DNA of 64,000 bases from the human T2T-CHM13v2.0 reference genome, Homo sapiens: assembly GCF_009914755.1 (NCBI RefSeq), contig NC_060925.1; one strand, written 5' to 3'. How positions within the stretch are numbered: position 1 is the first letter of the stretch; every line of letters begins with the position of its first letter. A model generated the notes under the pieces. That model did not search any database, was not told where the DNA came from, and worked only from the letters and a program-made list of their open reading frames with translations. This document shows, piece after piece, positions 1-12,616 of the stretch. Made by a program: the position numbers and the translations under genes.

Positions 1-289
1 CTAAATTCGGAGTGGGAGAGGAGGTTGTTCTGAGCCCCTCTTTCCTTCCTCTTCCAATAAAGCACTCTGTTTCGTTAGTTTTATTTATTACCCTTTTGGA
101 TACACTTTCTTTACAACAAAAGATTCAGAGCCTATAAAATGTTTGTTAATTACAGCTTTAGATCTTAGCAGGACTTACTTAGCAGAGCCTTTGCTCCTCT
201 GTCTAACCATGGCACAGCCCTCCCAGCTGAAACCTAGTGTAGCTCTTAGCACATCACCACCCAGAGCTCCCCACATGTGTCCCATTAAA

Positions 290-470
290 TAATTAATAAT
301 AACATGTTTAATTTATTCACTGATTGCATTTTGTCTTTACAATGATAACCCTGTGAACTAGGCAGTATTAGCGTCATTTTGTTGATTAAGAAACTGAAGC
401 TTAGAAAAGTTAAGCAACATCCACAAGATCACAGAGATGGCAAATCACAGACATGAGATCCATCAATGTG
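290..470 (-). mobile_element. MIR SINE relic
   Basis: Degenerate MIR core reverse complement GAAACTGAAGCTTAGAAAAGTTAAGCAACATCCACAAGATCACA. Confidence 0.7.
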
Positions 471-767
471 ATATCATTACCAGGCATTACAGGCCAACTC
501 TCCCTTCCAGACTCAGCTCCCCATAATCCTTCACTCACATCCTGCACATCAACTGCATTTTAGCTACTTCCAAATATGTCTTCTTATTCACACCATTCTG
601 CTAAAACCAGTATCTCTGTCTGGGATTTTCACCTTAGTAACTAGCACAATTTTCTACCTATTGACCTGAGCTCAAAACTAATTACTCCTCTTACAGTCAT
701 CCCTCTCCTCAACAACCACAAGCAGACAAGCCACCAAGTCCTATGAACTCCTGATTTTTTTTTTCTT

Positions 768-1653
768 TATCAGTTAGGATGCTTTGAGCTGCATTAAACA
801 CACACACACACACAAACTAACATAGCTTAAGTAGCTTTAAGTGGTTTATTGTCTCACATCTCAAGTTTCCAAGATTGGGTAATTAAAAATTCAATGCCAT
901 CACCGGGAGCGATGGCTCACACCTGTAATGCCAGCACTTTGGGTGGCGCAGGCGGGTGGATCACGAGGTCAGGAGTTCAAGACCAGCTTGGCCAAGATGG
1001 TGAAACCCTGTCTCTACTAAAAATACAAAAAAATAGGTGGGTGTGGTGGTGGGCACCTGTAATCCCAGCTACTTGGAAGGCTGAGGCAGAGAATTGCTTG
1101 AACCCAGCAGGGGCATTGCAGCGAGTCAAGATCGCACCACTGTACTCCAGCCTGGGTGACAGAGCAAGACTCCGTCTCAAAAAAAAAAAAAAAAATTTAA
1201 TGCCACTTTCAAGGTAAGTTCTTTCCATGCCCAGGGGCTTTGCTTCTCCTCTTCAGCTGATCCCCTCATAGATCAGAGATGACCATCACATTCCTGGGCT
1301 GGTTTCTTCCCTCAAGCACAACTGGAGGCTAAAAAGGTGAGTTTCTCCTTGCCCATCTCTTTTTAAGAATTAGAAAACACCTTCCCTAAAGTTCAACCCC
1401 CACTCCCCAGCAGACTTCCAGGTCCTTTCATGGGCCAGGATTGTATCACATGCCTTTCTTAATCAAAACACTGGCAAAGGAAAGAGAGTGGCCGTAACTA
1501 AAATAAACAAATCACTCCATGATCTGGGGAGGGCTCCTTGCTTGAATATACGTCTAAGTAGAGAGTAGGTGCTCAAATAAAATCAGGTCTCTGTCAGCAA
1601 AAAGAGGTGGGGAGGGTGATGGTTTGGATAGTGGCCAACAGTGTCTGCTACCA
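768..1653 (-). mobile_element. MLT1J/K-like MaLR solo LTR, interrupted by an Alu
   Basis: Ends TATCAGTTAGGATGCTTT... and ...CCAACAGTGTCTGCTACCA resemble MLT1J-type termini; (CA)n near 798-813. Confidence 0.65.
901..1195 (+). mobile_element. AluS (AluSg-like)
   Basis: Full dimer with A tail; GGATCACGAGGTCAGGAGTTC diagnostic; TSD AAAAATT(C/T)AATGCCA at 885-899 and 1191-1205. Confidence 0.95.
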
Positions 1654-2170
1654 TCTCTCATAGCCATCCACCGTGCCATTCCTCAGACAAGTCAACTGCT
1701 ACCCTCACCTAGATGAAGTTTCTAACTGCACTCTACTCCCAGTTTGGTTTCTTCTAATCAAACAATCACTCTGCAGCCAGAGTAACGTTTGCATAATACA
1801 AATACAATTACATATTGTCTCTATTTAAATATTTTAATGGTTCACTATTGGAATAAAGCCTAAACACTTTTAGAGTGCCACACAAACTTCCCCTAGCCCC
1901 GAGCCTTAGCTGCCTCCCATTTTATGCTCTCCCATTTTGCTGGGAGCGCCAGACTACCCTTTTTCGACTGATGAACTATACTCGTCACTCAAAACCCCAC
2001 TCAGCAATATCTGTTCAATCTCCTGTACAAGTGGAGGCCCAGAGCACTGAATCTGACAGCTGGCCATGGGGGCGTAGTGAATTTGACCAAGAGGCAGCTG
2101 AGTATGCAATCGGGAAAGCTGATAGACAGTGTAGGGGCAGAAGGTAATTCAGGAACCTGACACTTTAAAG

Positions 2171-2511
2171 CGGGGGTCCCTAATTCCAAGGCCATGGATT
2201 AGTATTGGTCTGTGCTCTGGTAGGAACTGGGCCACACAACCGGGAGGTAAGCAGAGGACGAGTGAGCCTTACCGCCTGATCTGTGCCTTCTGTTAGATCT
2301 GTGGCGTTAGATTCTCATAGGTGCATGAACCCTATTGTGAACTGCGCATGTGAGGGATCTAGTTTGCATGCTCCTTATGAGAATCTAATGTCTGATGGTT
2401 TGAGGTGGAACAGTTTCATCCTGAAACCATCCCTGCCCACCCTGCCTGGTCCATGGAAAAATTGTCTTCCATTAAACTGGTCCCTGGTGCCAAAAAGGTT
2501 GGGGACCACCA
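2171..2511 (+). mobile_element. MER1B hAT-Charlie DNA transposon
   Basis: TIRs CGGGGGTCCC...GGGGACCACCA; internal GATTCTCATAGG...CCTTATGAGAATC; 8-bp TSD CTTTAAAG (2163-2170) / GTTTAAAG (2512-2519). Confidence 0.9.
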
Positions 2512-2719
2512 GTTTAAAGGGTGCAACCAAGGGTTCAAAAGGGAAAAAAAAAAAAAAGAAAACTGGAGACAAAGTCCAAAGTCTAAGAACAGCAACCTAA
2601 GGACACCAATATGGGGCATGGAAACAGTTTTGAAATACTACTTGAGACTGGGAACGGGAGCCTAGGATGGGCTCCTGGCACAGGGAGAAGACTACGGAGC
2701 ACTGGGGAACCCTCTCCTG

Positions 2720-3210
2720 GCCTGCTTGCCCCTTGGTTCATTGCTTGCCCTTTGCTTGCTCTGCTCTGTACTACAGAATCCTGATCCCTGCAGGCTATGT
2801 GTTCCAGGCTCCTGCATTATTAGCTGGTTTCTAGCTAGTGGGGAAACACCAGTGAAAGATGGTCCTGATTGGTGGAATCTCATTACTCCCCGGTCTCTAC
2901 CTTGGGCAGCACCACCAGCAGCTCTGTGTCCCATGGCTAGACCCTCTACTGGATAGGCCTACTGGGGTGCAGCTCCCCAAAGTCACTGTGGCTGCTGGGC
3001 TCCAGTGACACCACCCCATTGCTCTGTCCCTCCACTTAAGGGTGGCAGCACCTTCCTGCTGTGATTAATCTCTGGGTGCCTCACAATCTCCTGATGGCTT
3101 TGTAGCTTTGCAGCTCTGTCATCCCTGTGTAACCAACTCTCCGAATTAAATATCCTTTGTTTTACATTCTTTGAGTGGATTGTTTTCATGATTGGACCCT
3201 GACTGATACA
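2720..3210 (+). mobile_element. LTR33-family ERVL solo LTR
   Basis: 3' terminus GGACCCTGACTGATACA; internal GGGTGGCAGCACCTTCCTGCTG; 5' boundary approximate. Confidence 0.6.
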
Positions 3211-3289
3211 GGTAGGCACTGAGCCAAGTTTGTAAGATTTCTCTGTGAAATTCTTCCTTACTTCCTCATTTGTTTTGCTTTTAGGAAGC

Positions 3290-3530
3290 AGAACAACATG
3301 ATGATGAAGAGAAAGTGGCTTGCAGTTGCTAACCAGGATTCAAACTCCAGCTCTGCCATTCATTTACTGACAGCCTTGGTCAAAATCACCCAGCCTCTTT
3401 AAGTTCTGGTTTCTTCAAGTGAAGTTAAACGTAGTATCCTCTTCTTAACCACTATTAGGACTGAATAAGGTACTGTATATAAAACATTTAGGCCAGCCTC
3501 TGGCTCAAAGTAAATGTTCAAGAAATGGTC
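3290..3530 (+). mobile_element. MIR
   Basis: GGATTCAAACTCCAGCTCTGCCATT...CCTTGGTCAAAATCAC core; tail TGGCTCAAAGTAAATGTTCAAGAAATG. Confidence 0.7.
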
Positions 3531-3611
3531 CTTTACCCATCTCTCTATCATAACACCTCTTCAGTGTATCTCAGTGAGAGATTTATTTAAGCATCTTTGG
3601 CATGTGCTAGA

Positions 3612-3778
3612 GTAGTGCTTATTAAACTTTAAGGTGCATCTAAAGAACCCTATGGTGGCATTAAAATGCAGACTTGGATTCAGTCAGTCTGGGATGTAGG
3701 CCTGAGATGTTGTATTTCTATCACTCCACTCAGCTGATGCTGACACTGTGGTCCAAAGACCACACTTAAAGTTGCAAG
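3612..3778. mobile_element. MER5A hAT MITE
   Basis: TTAAAATGCAGAC...GATTCAGTCAGTCTGGGATGTAGGCCTGAG...GCTGATGCTGACACTGTGGTCC...ACCACAC. Confidence 0.75.
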
Positions 3779-3787
3779 TCCTTAAAC

Positions 3788-3950
3788 TAAGGTTGGCAAA
3801 CTTTTTCTGTAAAGGGACTTAGAGAAGCATTTTAGGTTTTTGGGACCTTACAGTCTCTATTGCAACTGCCCAACTCTGTCAATGACACTTGATTTGGAAA
3901 AATAGGCGCTGGGTGGAATTTGGGCCTGGGGCTAGAGTTCGCTGACCCCG
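3788..3950. mobile_element. MER58A hAT MITE
   Basis: GGTTGGCAAACTTTTTCTGTAAAGGG...GTTCGCTGACCCC termini. Confidence 0.75.
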
Positions 3951-4119
3951 GCTCTCGACTGTAAGTTGTCTCAGGACATGGTCTGTTTTATTAACCTCCT
4001 TATTCTCATCCCCCAGCACAGAGCCTGGCTCACAGAAGATGCTCAATAAATGTTTGATATATGACTAAACAAACTCTTCGCATGTACTTAGTCTCTATAG
4101 TGGAATCGGAAACTCTAAT

Positions 4120-4300
4120 TTTAGTATTTTTTGAGTGTTGACTATGTTCCAGGAAATATTTTATGTACTGGGTGTTATTTTCTTCAATGCTCACAACCAC
4201 CACAAGGGATCGGTATAAGTACTATCCGCATTCTACAGATAAGGCACACAGAGGTTAGCTGACTACCCATAGGTCACAGAAGAGCCACAGTAGAGGACAG
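4120..4300 (-). mobile_element. MIR
   Basis: CATTCTACAGATAAGGCACACAGAGGTTAGCTGACTACCCATAGGTCACA. Confidence 0.65.
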
Positions 4301-5949
4301 AGCAGGCTTCAGTGTCCTTGTCTCCCACTCAGCAACCTGCTTGCCTTGGAGGCTCCTTCCCATCATTTGTTTCTGTTAATCTCTCAGATTATAATTTCCT
4401 GGAGGGCTGGAGTTACATCGGTCTGTTCTTTCCCTATCACTCTCAGACTCCATAACAATAGGTTGAGCACATGGCGAGCACTTACCAAGGAATTCTTCCT
4501 GACGGATATTGTTAAGTATCCCACCCCGGACATGCATTGCTGTGGAACTGGGTCACAAGGAAGATGTACTGAATGAAGATCTCTGTGTCCTCAGCTTTTA
4601 CATAGAAGTTGAGCCTGAAGGTACCAATTATCATATCTAAAAATGCCTAAAAAGGTAATGATTCAGCAGTTAAATTCATGAAGGGAAAGATTCCTGACAC
4701 CATGTAAGTCCCTGGTGGTCAGAAATTATGTGGCCAGTGGAGGCCTGGGGATTGAATGATGTTTACCATGTATGTGTTGACCAATAAAAGGAGGAGGCAA
4801 AGTGAGAAAGTTAGAAGAACATACATGGACTTCCAGGTGGTGGGGGCTCTACCCAGATTCAGCTGTGGGGTGATTGGGTGTATTTGCGACCCTAACCCTT
4901 CTCTCGTTAGAAAATAAGGGCTTCGGACAAGAGCATTGCTTAGGTTCTTCTAGTGTCAAAATATTACGACTTTAAAAAGAAATGATATTACTAAAGAGAT
5001 TTTGAAGAGCTTTGTCCTTAAAGGAAATGACCCCAAACTACTAAGATTTAAAAATAAATGTCACTTTGTGTGGTTGGTGTCTCTGCCTCTGGCAGTATTA
5101 TCCCTTTTCCATGGCCTCTTTTTGGTTTACTATCATACTATGATAATTTCTAATGTGTTTCAAACCAAGAAACCAGACAATCAGGATTATAATAACTGTA
5201 AAGTAGGTATAAATTGATCATAAGTGATGGCCTTACAGACTTCTCTAGCTAATGAGGGTGAGATTCAATGCATATGCTTTGTGATAGCTGTTTCAGCCGT
5301 GGTGTGAGATCACTTGTATGTGTGTATGTGTGTGTGCGCTTATTTACACGTCTGTTAATGAGGTCATTAGATATTGGATAAAAGTAGTCATTAAGACAAT
5401 GATACTTTGTTATTGCCTGTATTTAACGAATGAGGAAACCACAAATTGAGATGGTTCAACACTTGCCCCATAACATATACCCAGAAAAGTCTTCTTTCTA
5501 GTTGCAATGTGAAGGCAGATAAGGAAACTAAGAAGAAAGTGTGGTTTCCAAACATTCCCCAAGTTACCAATGCCTTGAGGGCAAAGAGCCAATATATCTC
5601 TGCTACTTTCTCTTCAGGGCTGCCATGGACCATACATGGAGGGCTCTGATGCTGGATTCACATGTGTTAACTGCATCCCTCTCCATAGGACCCAGCGATC
5701 CCAGCACTGGCTGACTGGCCAGCCTTCTCACTGCAGAGACTGCATTGTGTTTGTACAACTTTCAAGGGCACATTCCCTGGTATAGTAAGTATTGCCATGG
5801 AGTCTCCCCTGTCATGTGAATCTGCGGCTGTCAAATCACAGAAAGACCACACTGAAGTGGGCAGGCCTTTTCTGAGCTCTGTCCAGCAATTTACCCTTAA
5901 CCCTTTTTCATTCCACAGTTATTTGTTGAGGGCCAACTGAGAATTCAGT

Positions 5950-6170
5950 AGTAATTGACAACATTTATGTGCTTGGCCCTCTCATACATGCTTTACATTT
6001 ATCAACATATTGAATCTCCACAATGGCCCTAGGAAATAGGTCCTATTTTTACCCCCACTTCACAAATGTGGAAACTGAGGCACAGAGACTGAGTCATATG
6101 CCCAAGGTCACACAGCTGGCAAGTGATGGAGCAGAATTCACACCCCGGCCATCTGCTCTTACACACTGTA
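5950..6170 (-). mobile_element. MIR
   Basis: GGAAACTGAGGCACAGAGACTGAGTCATATGCCCAAGGTCACACAGCTGGCAAGTG. Confidence 0.8.
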
Positions 6171-7034
6171 CTGACTGTTACAAGAAAGACACAACCTCTG
6201 CCCTCATGGAGCTTCCATCTAATGGGAAATACAAAAGGTAAGCCATTAATTTTAAGATGATGGTTTAATCACAGTTTTAATGATGTGAAAGAGAAGCTCC
6301 AGGAAGGTTGAAAACAGGTACTGGGTGACCTGATCCTCATTGGGAACGGGGGATGTTCAGGAAGCCTTTTTTTTTTACCCTGAGGGGGAAGAAGAGTTGG
6401 CATGGAACTCCAAAGGATGAGTAGGAGTTCATCAGGTAAATTGAGAGGTGAGTCTCCCAGATAGAAAAAAAGATAATGAGACCTTAAGGCAAAGAAGAGC
6501 AGGAAGTGTTCAGGGAACCACAAGAAGCCAGTATGGTAGAGTTCCGAGGTAGGGGGTGTTGGTACCAGATGGAGTTAAAGAAGTGACTAGTGTCTGCACC
6601 TCCACTCTCTCAGCTCAACTGCTGTGGTGGGAGGGGGACAGGCTGCCGCTACTGTCTCTGTTTTGCTGATTGGCACACAGGGTGGAAAATAGAAAAACAG
6701 CTTGAAAGCCACCAAGCCCAGGGCCTGTTTGTGACCCACCTAGGTCCCTGGCACAAGACCCTAGCTGTCTTTCCTTGCTGCTTCCTCTCAGGATTCCCAC
6801 GGGCAGTTCCAAAATAGTTACATCAGGGACTCTTTTGTATTTAGGAAAGAAAATGAAACATTTATTGACCATTTACTCCAGTGTTAGTGGACAAAGCAGA
6901 CAGTAGAGGATGCCACAACAAGCCCTAAGAAAACACGTTTAAGAAAATACATACAGGCCATGTCTTTTGCCTGCAAAACTCACATAAGCATTAAAGTGAA
7001 ATAATTTCTCTTTGCGTCTTTCACCCCTCCCCCA

Positions 7035-7866
7035 GCATTCAGGATCTCAGCAGGAAACGGATGGCACACTCAAATTGGGTAACACGAAGGGAGTTTAACA
7101 GAAGGCCTATTTACAAAGGTGTAGGACAAGCAAAGGGAAAACAGGAATAGTAATACTGGGCTCCATCGCCACCCTACCTCTGAAAGAGCAAGGGGAGACA
7201 GTGGTTCTGGACCCTAGAGAAGGGTGGTGGTGGCTTGCATAGACAGGGCTGCCTGACAGGAGCTGTGATGTTTAGTCCTCAGTGACACCATAGGCCAGTA
7301 ATGAGAGGATCAATACCTCAACTTACTCTCTCCCACCCTCCAACCCTCTGCTGATGCTCCCTGTTGGCCACACTGAACCAGGAGTCATGAACTATTATAG
7401 GATAAATTGTGTTCCCAAAATTCATATGTTGAAGTCCTAACCTCCAGTACCCTAGAATGTGTCTGTATACAACAATAGGGTCTGGAAAGAGGTAATTATG
7501 TTAAAATGCAGTAATTAGGGTAGGCCCTCATCTGATTTGACTAGCGTCCTTGAAAAAGAGGAAATTCAGACACAAACATGTACAGAAGGAAGGCAACGTG
7601 AAGCCCCGGAGAAGGTGGCAATCTATAAGTCAAGGAAGGAGAGGCCTTAGAAGAAGTCAGCTGCACCAACATTTTCATGTCAGACTTCTAGCCCTCAAAA
7701 CTGTAAGAAAATAAATGTCCATTGTTTGAGCCACCCAGTTGATGGTGTTTTGTTATGGCAGCCAAGCAAAATAATGCAGAAGTCCAGGAAGCCTCCAGTG
7801 GCACAGAGCCAGGTGGAGAAGAAGAGACAGAGGCCATGGAGGGGCAAATGGAAGAGATCCAGAACA
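7035..7866 (-). mobile_element. LTR33 ERVL solo LTR, split by MLT1B
   Basis: CAGGAAACGGATGGCACACTCAAATTGGG...CTATTTACAAAGGTGT; resumes after 7778 and ends GGAGGGGCAAATGGAAGAGATCCAGAACA. Confidence 0.7.
7393..7778 (+). mobile_element. MLT1B-like MaLR solo LTR
   Basis: AATTGTGTTCCCAAAATTCATATGTTGAAGTCCTAACC...TTTGTTATGGCAGCCAAGCAAAATAATGCA. Confidence 0.85.
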
Positions 7867-8910
7867 ACTCTACCCAGGCCCCTCAGAAATGGGTGTTTCA
7901 AGATGTCCTAGAGCAGTATCAGTAAGACTGGAAATATTTCAGCTGAATGATTCTTGTCCACAGCTGTGATCTCCTTTTCCATCCATGAGCCATGTTCCCA
8001 CTATAGTTCCCATGCTGGCTCTTTTCCCTGGTCACGAACCCCAGTCTCACCCAGGTTGGGAACCCCAGTTCTCAGACAGAACTTTCTGTGTACTTCTGGC
8101 CACATCTCTCTCCCTGAGTGCCCAGAGATGGTTAGGGGCTTATCCTGCATATTTTACTAGACTTCCTGGTTGTAAGATAACAAGCATCTTGACAACAGGG
8201 ACTGCCTCTCATTTATTTGTGACAGATGAAAGAATGAGTGAGAGAATGAATGAAGAAAAGTAACATTTATTGATGACCGTCTACGTACTGAGTTCACTGC
8301 TTTCATGTACTTTAACACTGCCTGAATCAAAATCAAGGAGTCAGGAAAGAATAATTATTGGCCATTTATTCACCATTTGCTATGCGCCAGGCAGGTGTGA
8401 GGGCACAATACTTAAACAGCATGGCACAGGCACCAAGAAGAACATATCAGAGCAGACACCAGCCATAGACCCAGGGATGGCTGGGCTGGCACCACAGGCT
8501 AAAAGTCAGTCTGGTGCCACGCTCTGTGCTGAAGGATCTCTCATGCATTATTTCACTGACTCCTAATAATGCCAATTGAGGTAGGTATTAATATCCCTCT
8601 TATATACAAGTAAACAACTTGCACAGGAAAAAAGTTTATTGTGCAAGGTCACCCAGAAAATAAGTGTGGAACTGAGACTCACGTCCAGGACGGGCTCAGT
8701 TTTGAACACCACTCTGGTCTGTCTTATCATGCTGCTCTTGCATGTGATGTCCCTTTCCTTGGGACACTTTTCTTCCAGACAGCCATGTGGCTTGCTTCTT
8801 CTGGTCTTTGCTCAAGTGTCATCTGCTCAGCAATTCCTTCCATTTAAACATAACTTGCTTATCACCACCCTGACACTTCTTTCTGTCAAGCTTTATTTTT
8901 GCCTGTAGCA

Positions 8911-9493
8911 TTTTTTTTTATCGTGGTAAAAGATACACAACCTAAAATTTACCATTTTAACAAATTTTAAATATAAAATTCAGTGGCATTAAGTGTGTTC
9001 ACAATGTTGAAAACCTTTCACCACTATTCATATCCAGAACTTTTCCATCATCCCAAACAGGAACTCTGTACTTATTAGAAAATAACTTCCTGTTCCTGCC
9101 TCACCAATCCTTGGAAACCACAATTCTATGTTCTGTGTCTATGAATTGGCCTATTTAAAATATCCCACATAAGTGGAATTATATAATCTAACATCTTTAT
9201 GATTCATGCATATTGTAGCCTGTGTCAGAATTTTATTCCTCTTTAAGGGGTGAATAATATTTCACTGTATATATATACCTGTACTACATTTTGTTTATTC
9301 ATTCATCTCATTGATGGCTATTTGGGATATTTCAGCTTTTAGACTATTGTGCATAATGCTTCTGTGAACATGTGTGTACGCATATCTCTTTGAGTCCTTG
9401 CTTTCAGTTCTTTTGAGTATACACCCAGAAGTCAAATTGCTGGATTATGGTAATTCTATGTTTAACTTTTTGAGGTCCCACCAAACTGTTTTC
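8911..9493 (-). mobile_element. L1MB-type 3' end fragment, inserted in an L2
   Basis: GTGGTAAAAGATACACAACCTAAAATTTACCATTTTAAC...CAGTGGCATTAAG; L2 sequence on both flanks. Confidence 0.8.
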
Positions 9494-9499
9494 TACCCC

Positions 9500-9690
9500 T
9501 GTATCACTAATAAGCACATATCATACTACATGTTTTATTCATTTATTTTGATTATTGAATATCACCATTCACTGATCTGTAAGCCCCAGTGGAGACGGAT
9601 TTTTCTCTGATTCATTGCAGTATCCATACCTAGAACACGTCTGGAACAAAGTAGGTACACAATAAACTTTGTTGAATGAATGAATGTATT
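9500..9690 (+). mobile_element. L2 3' end
   Basis: CCTAGAACACGTCTGGAACAAAGTAGGTACACAATAAACTTTGTTGAATGAATGAATG. Confidence 0.75.
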
Positions 9691-9880
9691 TGATGTGGAT
9701 CTTGTTCTTGAGGTCAAGGGTCCTAGGGTCCAAAAGAGTCGGGTAAGGTCCAAAACATCAACTACACAGAAGAAACTGAAGTCAAGGAGGGAAATGAGAG
9801 ATCAGAGGAAGGGATACTTTCCTGTTTGCAGCCTAATGCAGACCCAACACAGTAAGGCTGTGAATAGAAAAGCCAGTCAC

Positions 9881-10228
<348 letters not shown>

Positions 10229-10859
10229 CTAGGGGGATCAGTAATCGTATGGGACAAGGCACTCAGGAACAAATGAGGTGAACAGTTCAGGCCAGAGAGT
10301 GAGAGCAACCTAGGGGTACCTGGGGGGTAAGGGGACATTAAAACGGGGCTACCTGAATAGTGGATGAGGGAGCCTGCTTGATGTAAGAAACCATGGAGGT
10401 CCCTAAACAATGCTTTGAACTTATGGCCCAAGAGAGTGCCTGGCACATATTAAGCATTAACAAATATTTTTAATTGATTGATTTCTAATTCCAATCTATC
10501 ACTAATTTGACATATGACTTAGGGCCAGTCACTTTTCTTCTATGCAACTTTCTTTATCTGTAAATATAGTGGATATAGATAGGTCAATTAACTAAACTTT
10601 GGTTTAAACTGTAAAAGCATTTCTCCCTAACAGATCCCAAACAGAAGAGTAAACACAAAGCACATCTGAAAGGGGAGTTGAAGGCCTAAGGTCCCACCAG
10701 CAGTCCTCCCTCTCCACACCACAGTGACTGAGAGTTGGTTCCTCCAGGATCCAGGTTTGCAGGTCCTGGGCCATCAGATTCCTGAGGTTCATTCCAGCTG
10801 TGACATCTACACACACCTCCCCATCATGCTTGCCACAGGCCCTTCTACACAGCAGTAGC

Positions 10860-11065
10860 AGGTATTAACTCGGTGCTTACCATTTGACACATGCTCTTCT
10901 GAGTGCTTTTCATGTATTAACTTATTCAATGCCCAATTCAGAGATGAGAATATTGGGGCACAGAAAGGTTAAGTCACTTCTCCAAGGCTACACCGATAGT
11001 CAGGTTTGGAGCCTGGAATCAAACCTAGTTATTGGGCTCCAAGGCCCTCGCTTTTGACCCACAAC
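10860..11065 (-). mobile_element. MIR
   Basis: GAGATGAGAATATTGGGGCACAGAAAGGTTAAGTCACTTCTCCAAGGCTACAC. Confidence 0.7.
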
Positions 11066-12162
11066 TCTGTCCCGCCTCCCTCAATGGGTGCACAGTATGC
11101 ATTCCTGTCCTGTTGAATAGGACCTAGGAAAAGGTAGTCTGATGGGGAGAGGAAAGGAGGGAAATGAGAAGATAAAGTGGGAGAAAGAGAGTGTGATCAA
11201 GCTGTACCCCGGAGAGCACTTAGTTCTCTAGAGGGGAAGCAGCTTCAGAGTGAAACTGGTTGCTGGAATGGAGACACCAAGAACCAACCTGTTGCTTACC
11301 CCATGGTCCTGGAACCAACTCTGATGAGGTGGTTTCTCCTGAATCCATATTTTCTAATCCAGAGATGGTCAAATGCTATTTTTATATCAAGATCTTAGAT
11401 GATAGCATTCCTTAAGAGGACTTTTCCAGAGAAAGTAGAGATGTCATCTTGCCAAAATATTTTTTTCTTACTGGAACAATAAAAACCTGCTTTGTAAATA
11501 ACAATGGGAATAGGAAGCTGCCCATATTCTCACCCACCTTTTTCTTTTAATGAATTTAATGAATTAGAATATATGCTATGTGATAAAAAATGTACTGAAA
11601 AGCTTGGTAAGTATCATTCAAAGCCTCTCGACCAATCATTTTCACATTGTCTGAAGCTAGCATTTCCAATAAAGTGGGACAACATTATGCAGAGTAGAAT
11701 TTTACAGTAACCTCAGGAAAATGCAAAAATTGGCAGTAGATAAAGGCAAGGGACAGGGCTTACCTTCAGGAACAGAGGGTCTGTCTGTGTTTTTCCAAGA
11801 GGCTCTACTGCCATTTGAGGGTGGGTACTTCACTGGATAGAACTGTTTGGATCTTATGGGGTGTCCACCATTCTGGACCCCTGCCTACTATATGCCAGCT
11901 CACAGTTCAGGAGGGGAGAGGAGAGACAGGGATGCATGTACCAAGCTATCATCCAAGACTTCCTGCGGCACCCGATACGTGGTAATGCACCTCTATTAAA
12001 GTTTATGTACTTTAATACAAAATGAAATGTTTACAAAGCATAAAATAAAATACCATCAAAGGCTACAGCCCATCTTGCATCAAAAGTAACTTACTATAAA
12101 AAAACTGAAAACACAATTTGCAAGTATCAGAACCAGAGAGGATCCCAGTGATTATCTAGTAC

Positions 12163-12340
12163 ACAGGGTGGAAAACTTTCTCCGTAAAGGGCCTGGGTGT
12201 AAACAGTCTAGGTTTTGTGGGCCATATACTCTGTTGCAACTACTCAACCTTTGTCTTCGTAGCACGAAGGCTACCCATACCCATATTAATAAAATGAATG
12301 GGCATGGTTGTGGTTCAATGAAGTCTACTGAAAACAAAAT
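12163..12340. mobile_element. MER58A, truncated
   Basis: CAGGGTGGAAAACTTTCTCCGTAAAGGGCC...TGAATGGGCATGGTTGTGGTTC. Confidence 0.8.
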
Positions 12341-12616
12341 TTAAATGTTTAAATATTTAAATAAAGACAGGAACCAGTATGACTGACTGATTTTCTTTGC
12401 CTCAGGCTCCAGTATGGCTCCATACTGCACTGTTACTGATCTTGTCACCATTTCCATTTTTGATAATGCGTTCATTCTGACACTGCTGACTTTAATTTTG
12501 ATTTTTTACAATATTGCATTGAGTATTAACTTACCTTGATGACTGGGTGTTAGTATCCCCTTAAGTTTTGCCCTGGAGATTAGTGCCTTACTTGCATTGC
12601 TCAAGTTTGGGCCCTG
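12341..12616. mobile_element. MER96B-like hAT-Tip100 element, one arm
   Basis: TAAATAAAGACAGG...TTTGCCTCAGGCTCCAGTATGGCTC...CCCCTTAAGTTTTGCCC...GGGCCCTG. Confidence 0.65.

Noticed and set aside
849-1228. Alu-derived ORFs (also at 9941, 15208, 16085, 16497, 22795, 26960, 34447 and 56112)
   Set aside because: Typical Alu translation artefacts.
2058-2078. CTCF-like TGGCCATGGGGGCGTAG
   Set aside because: Spacing does not fit the CCASYAGRKGGC core.
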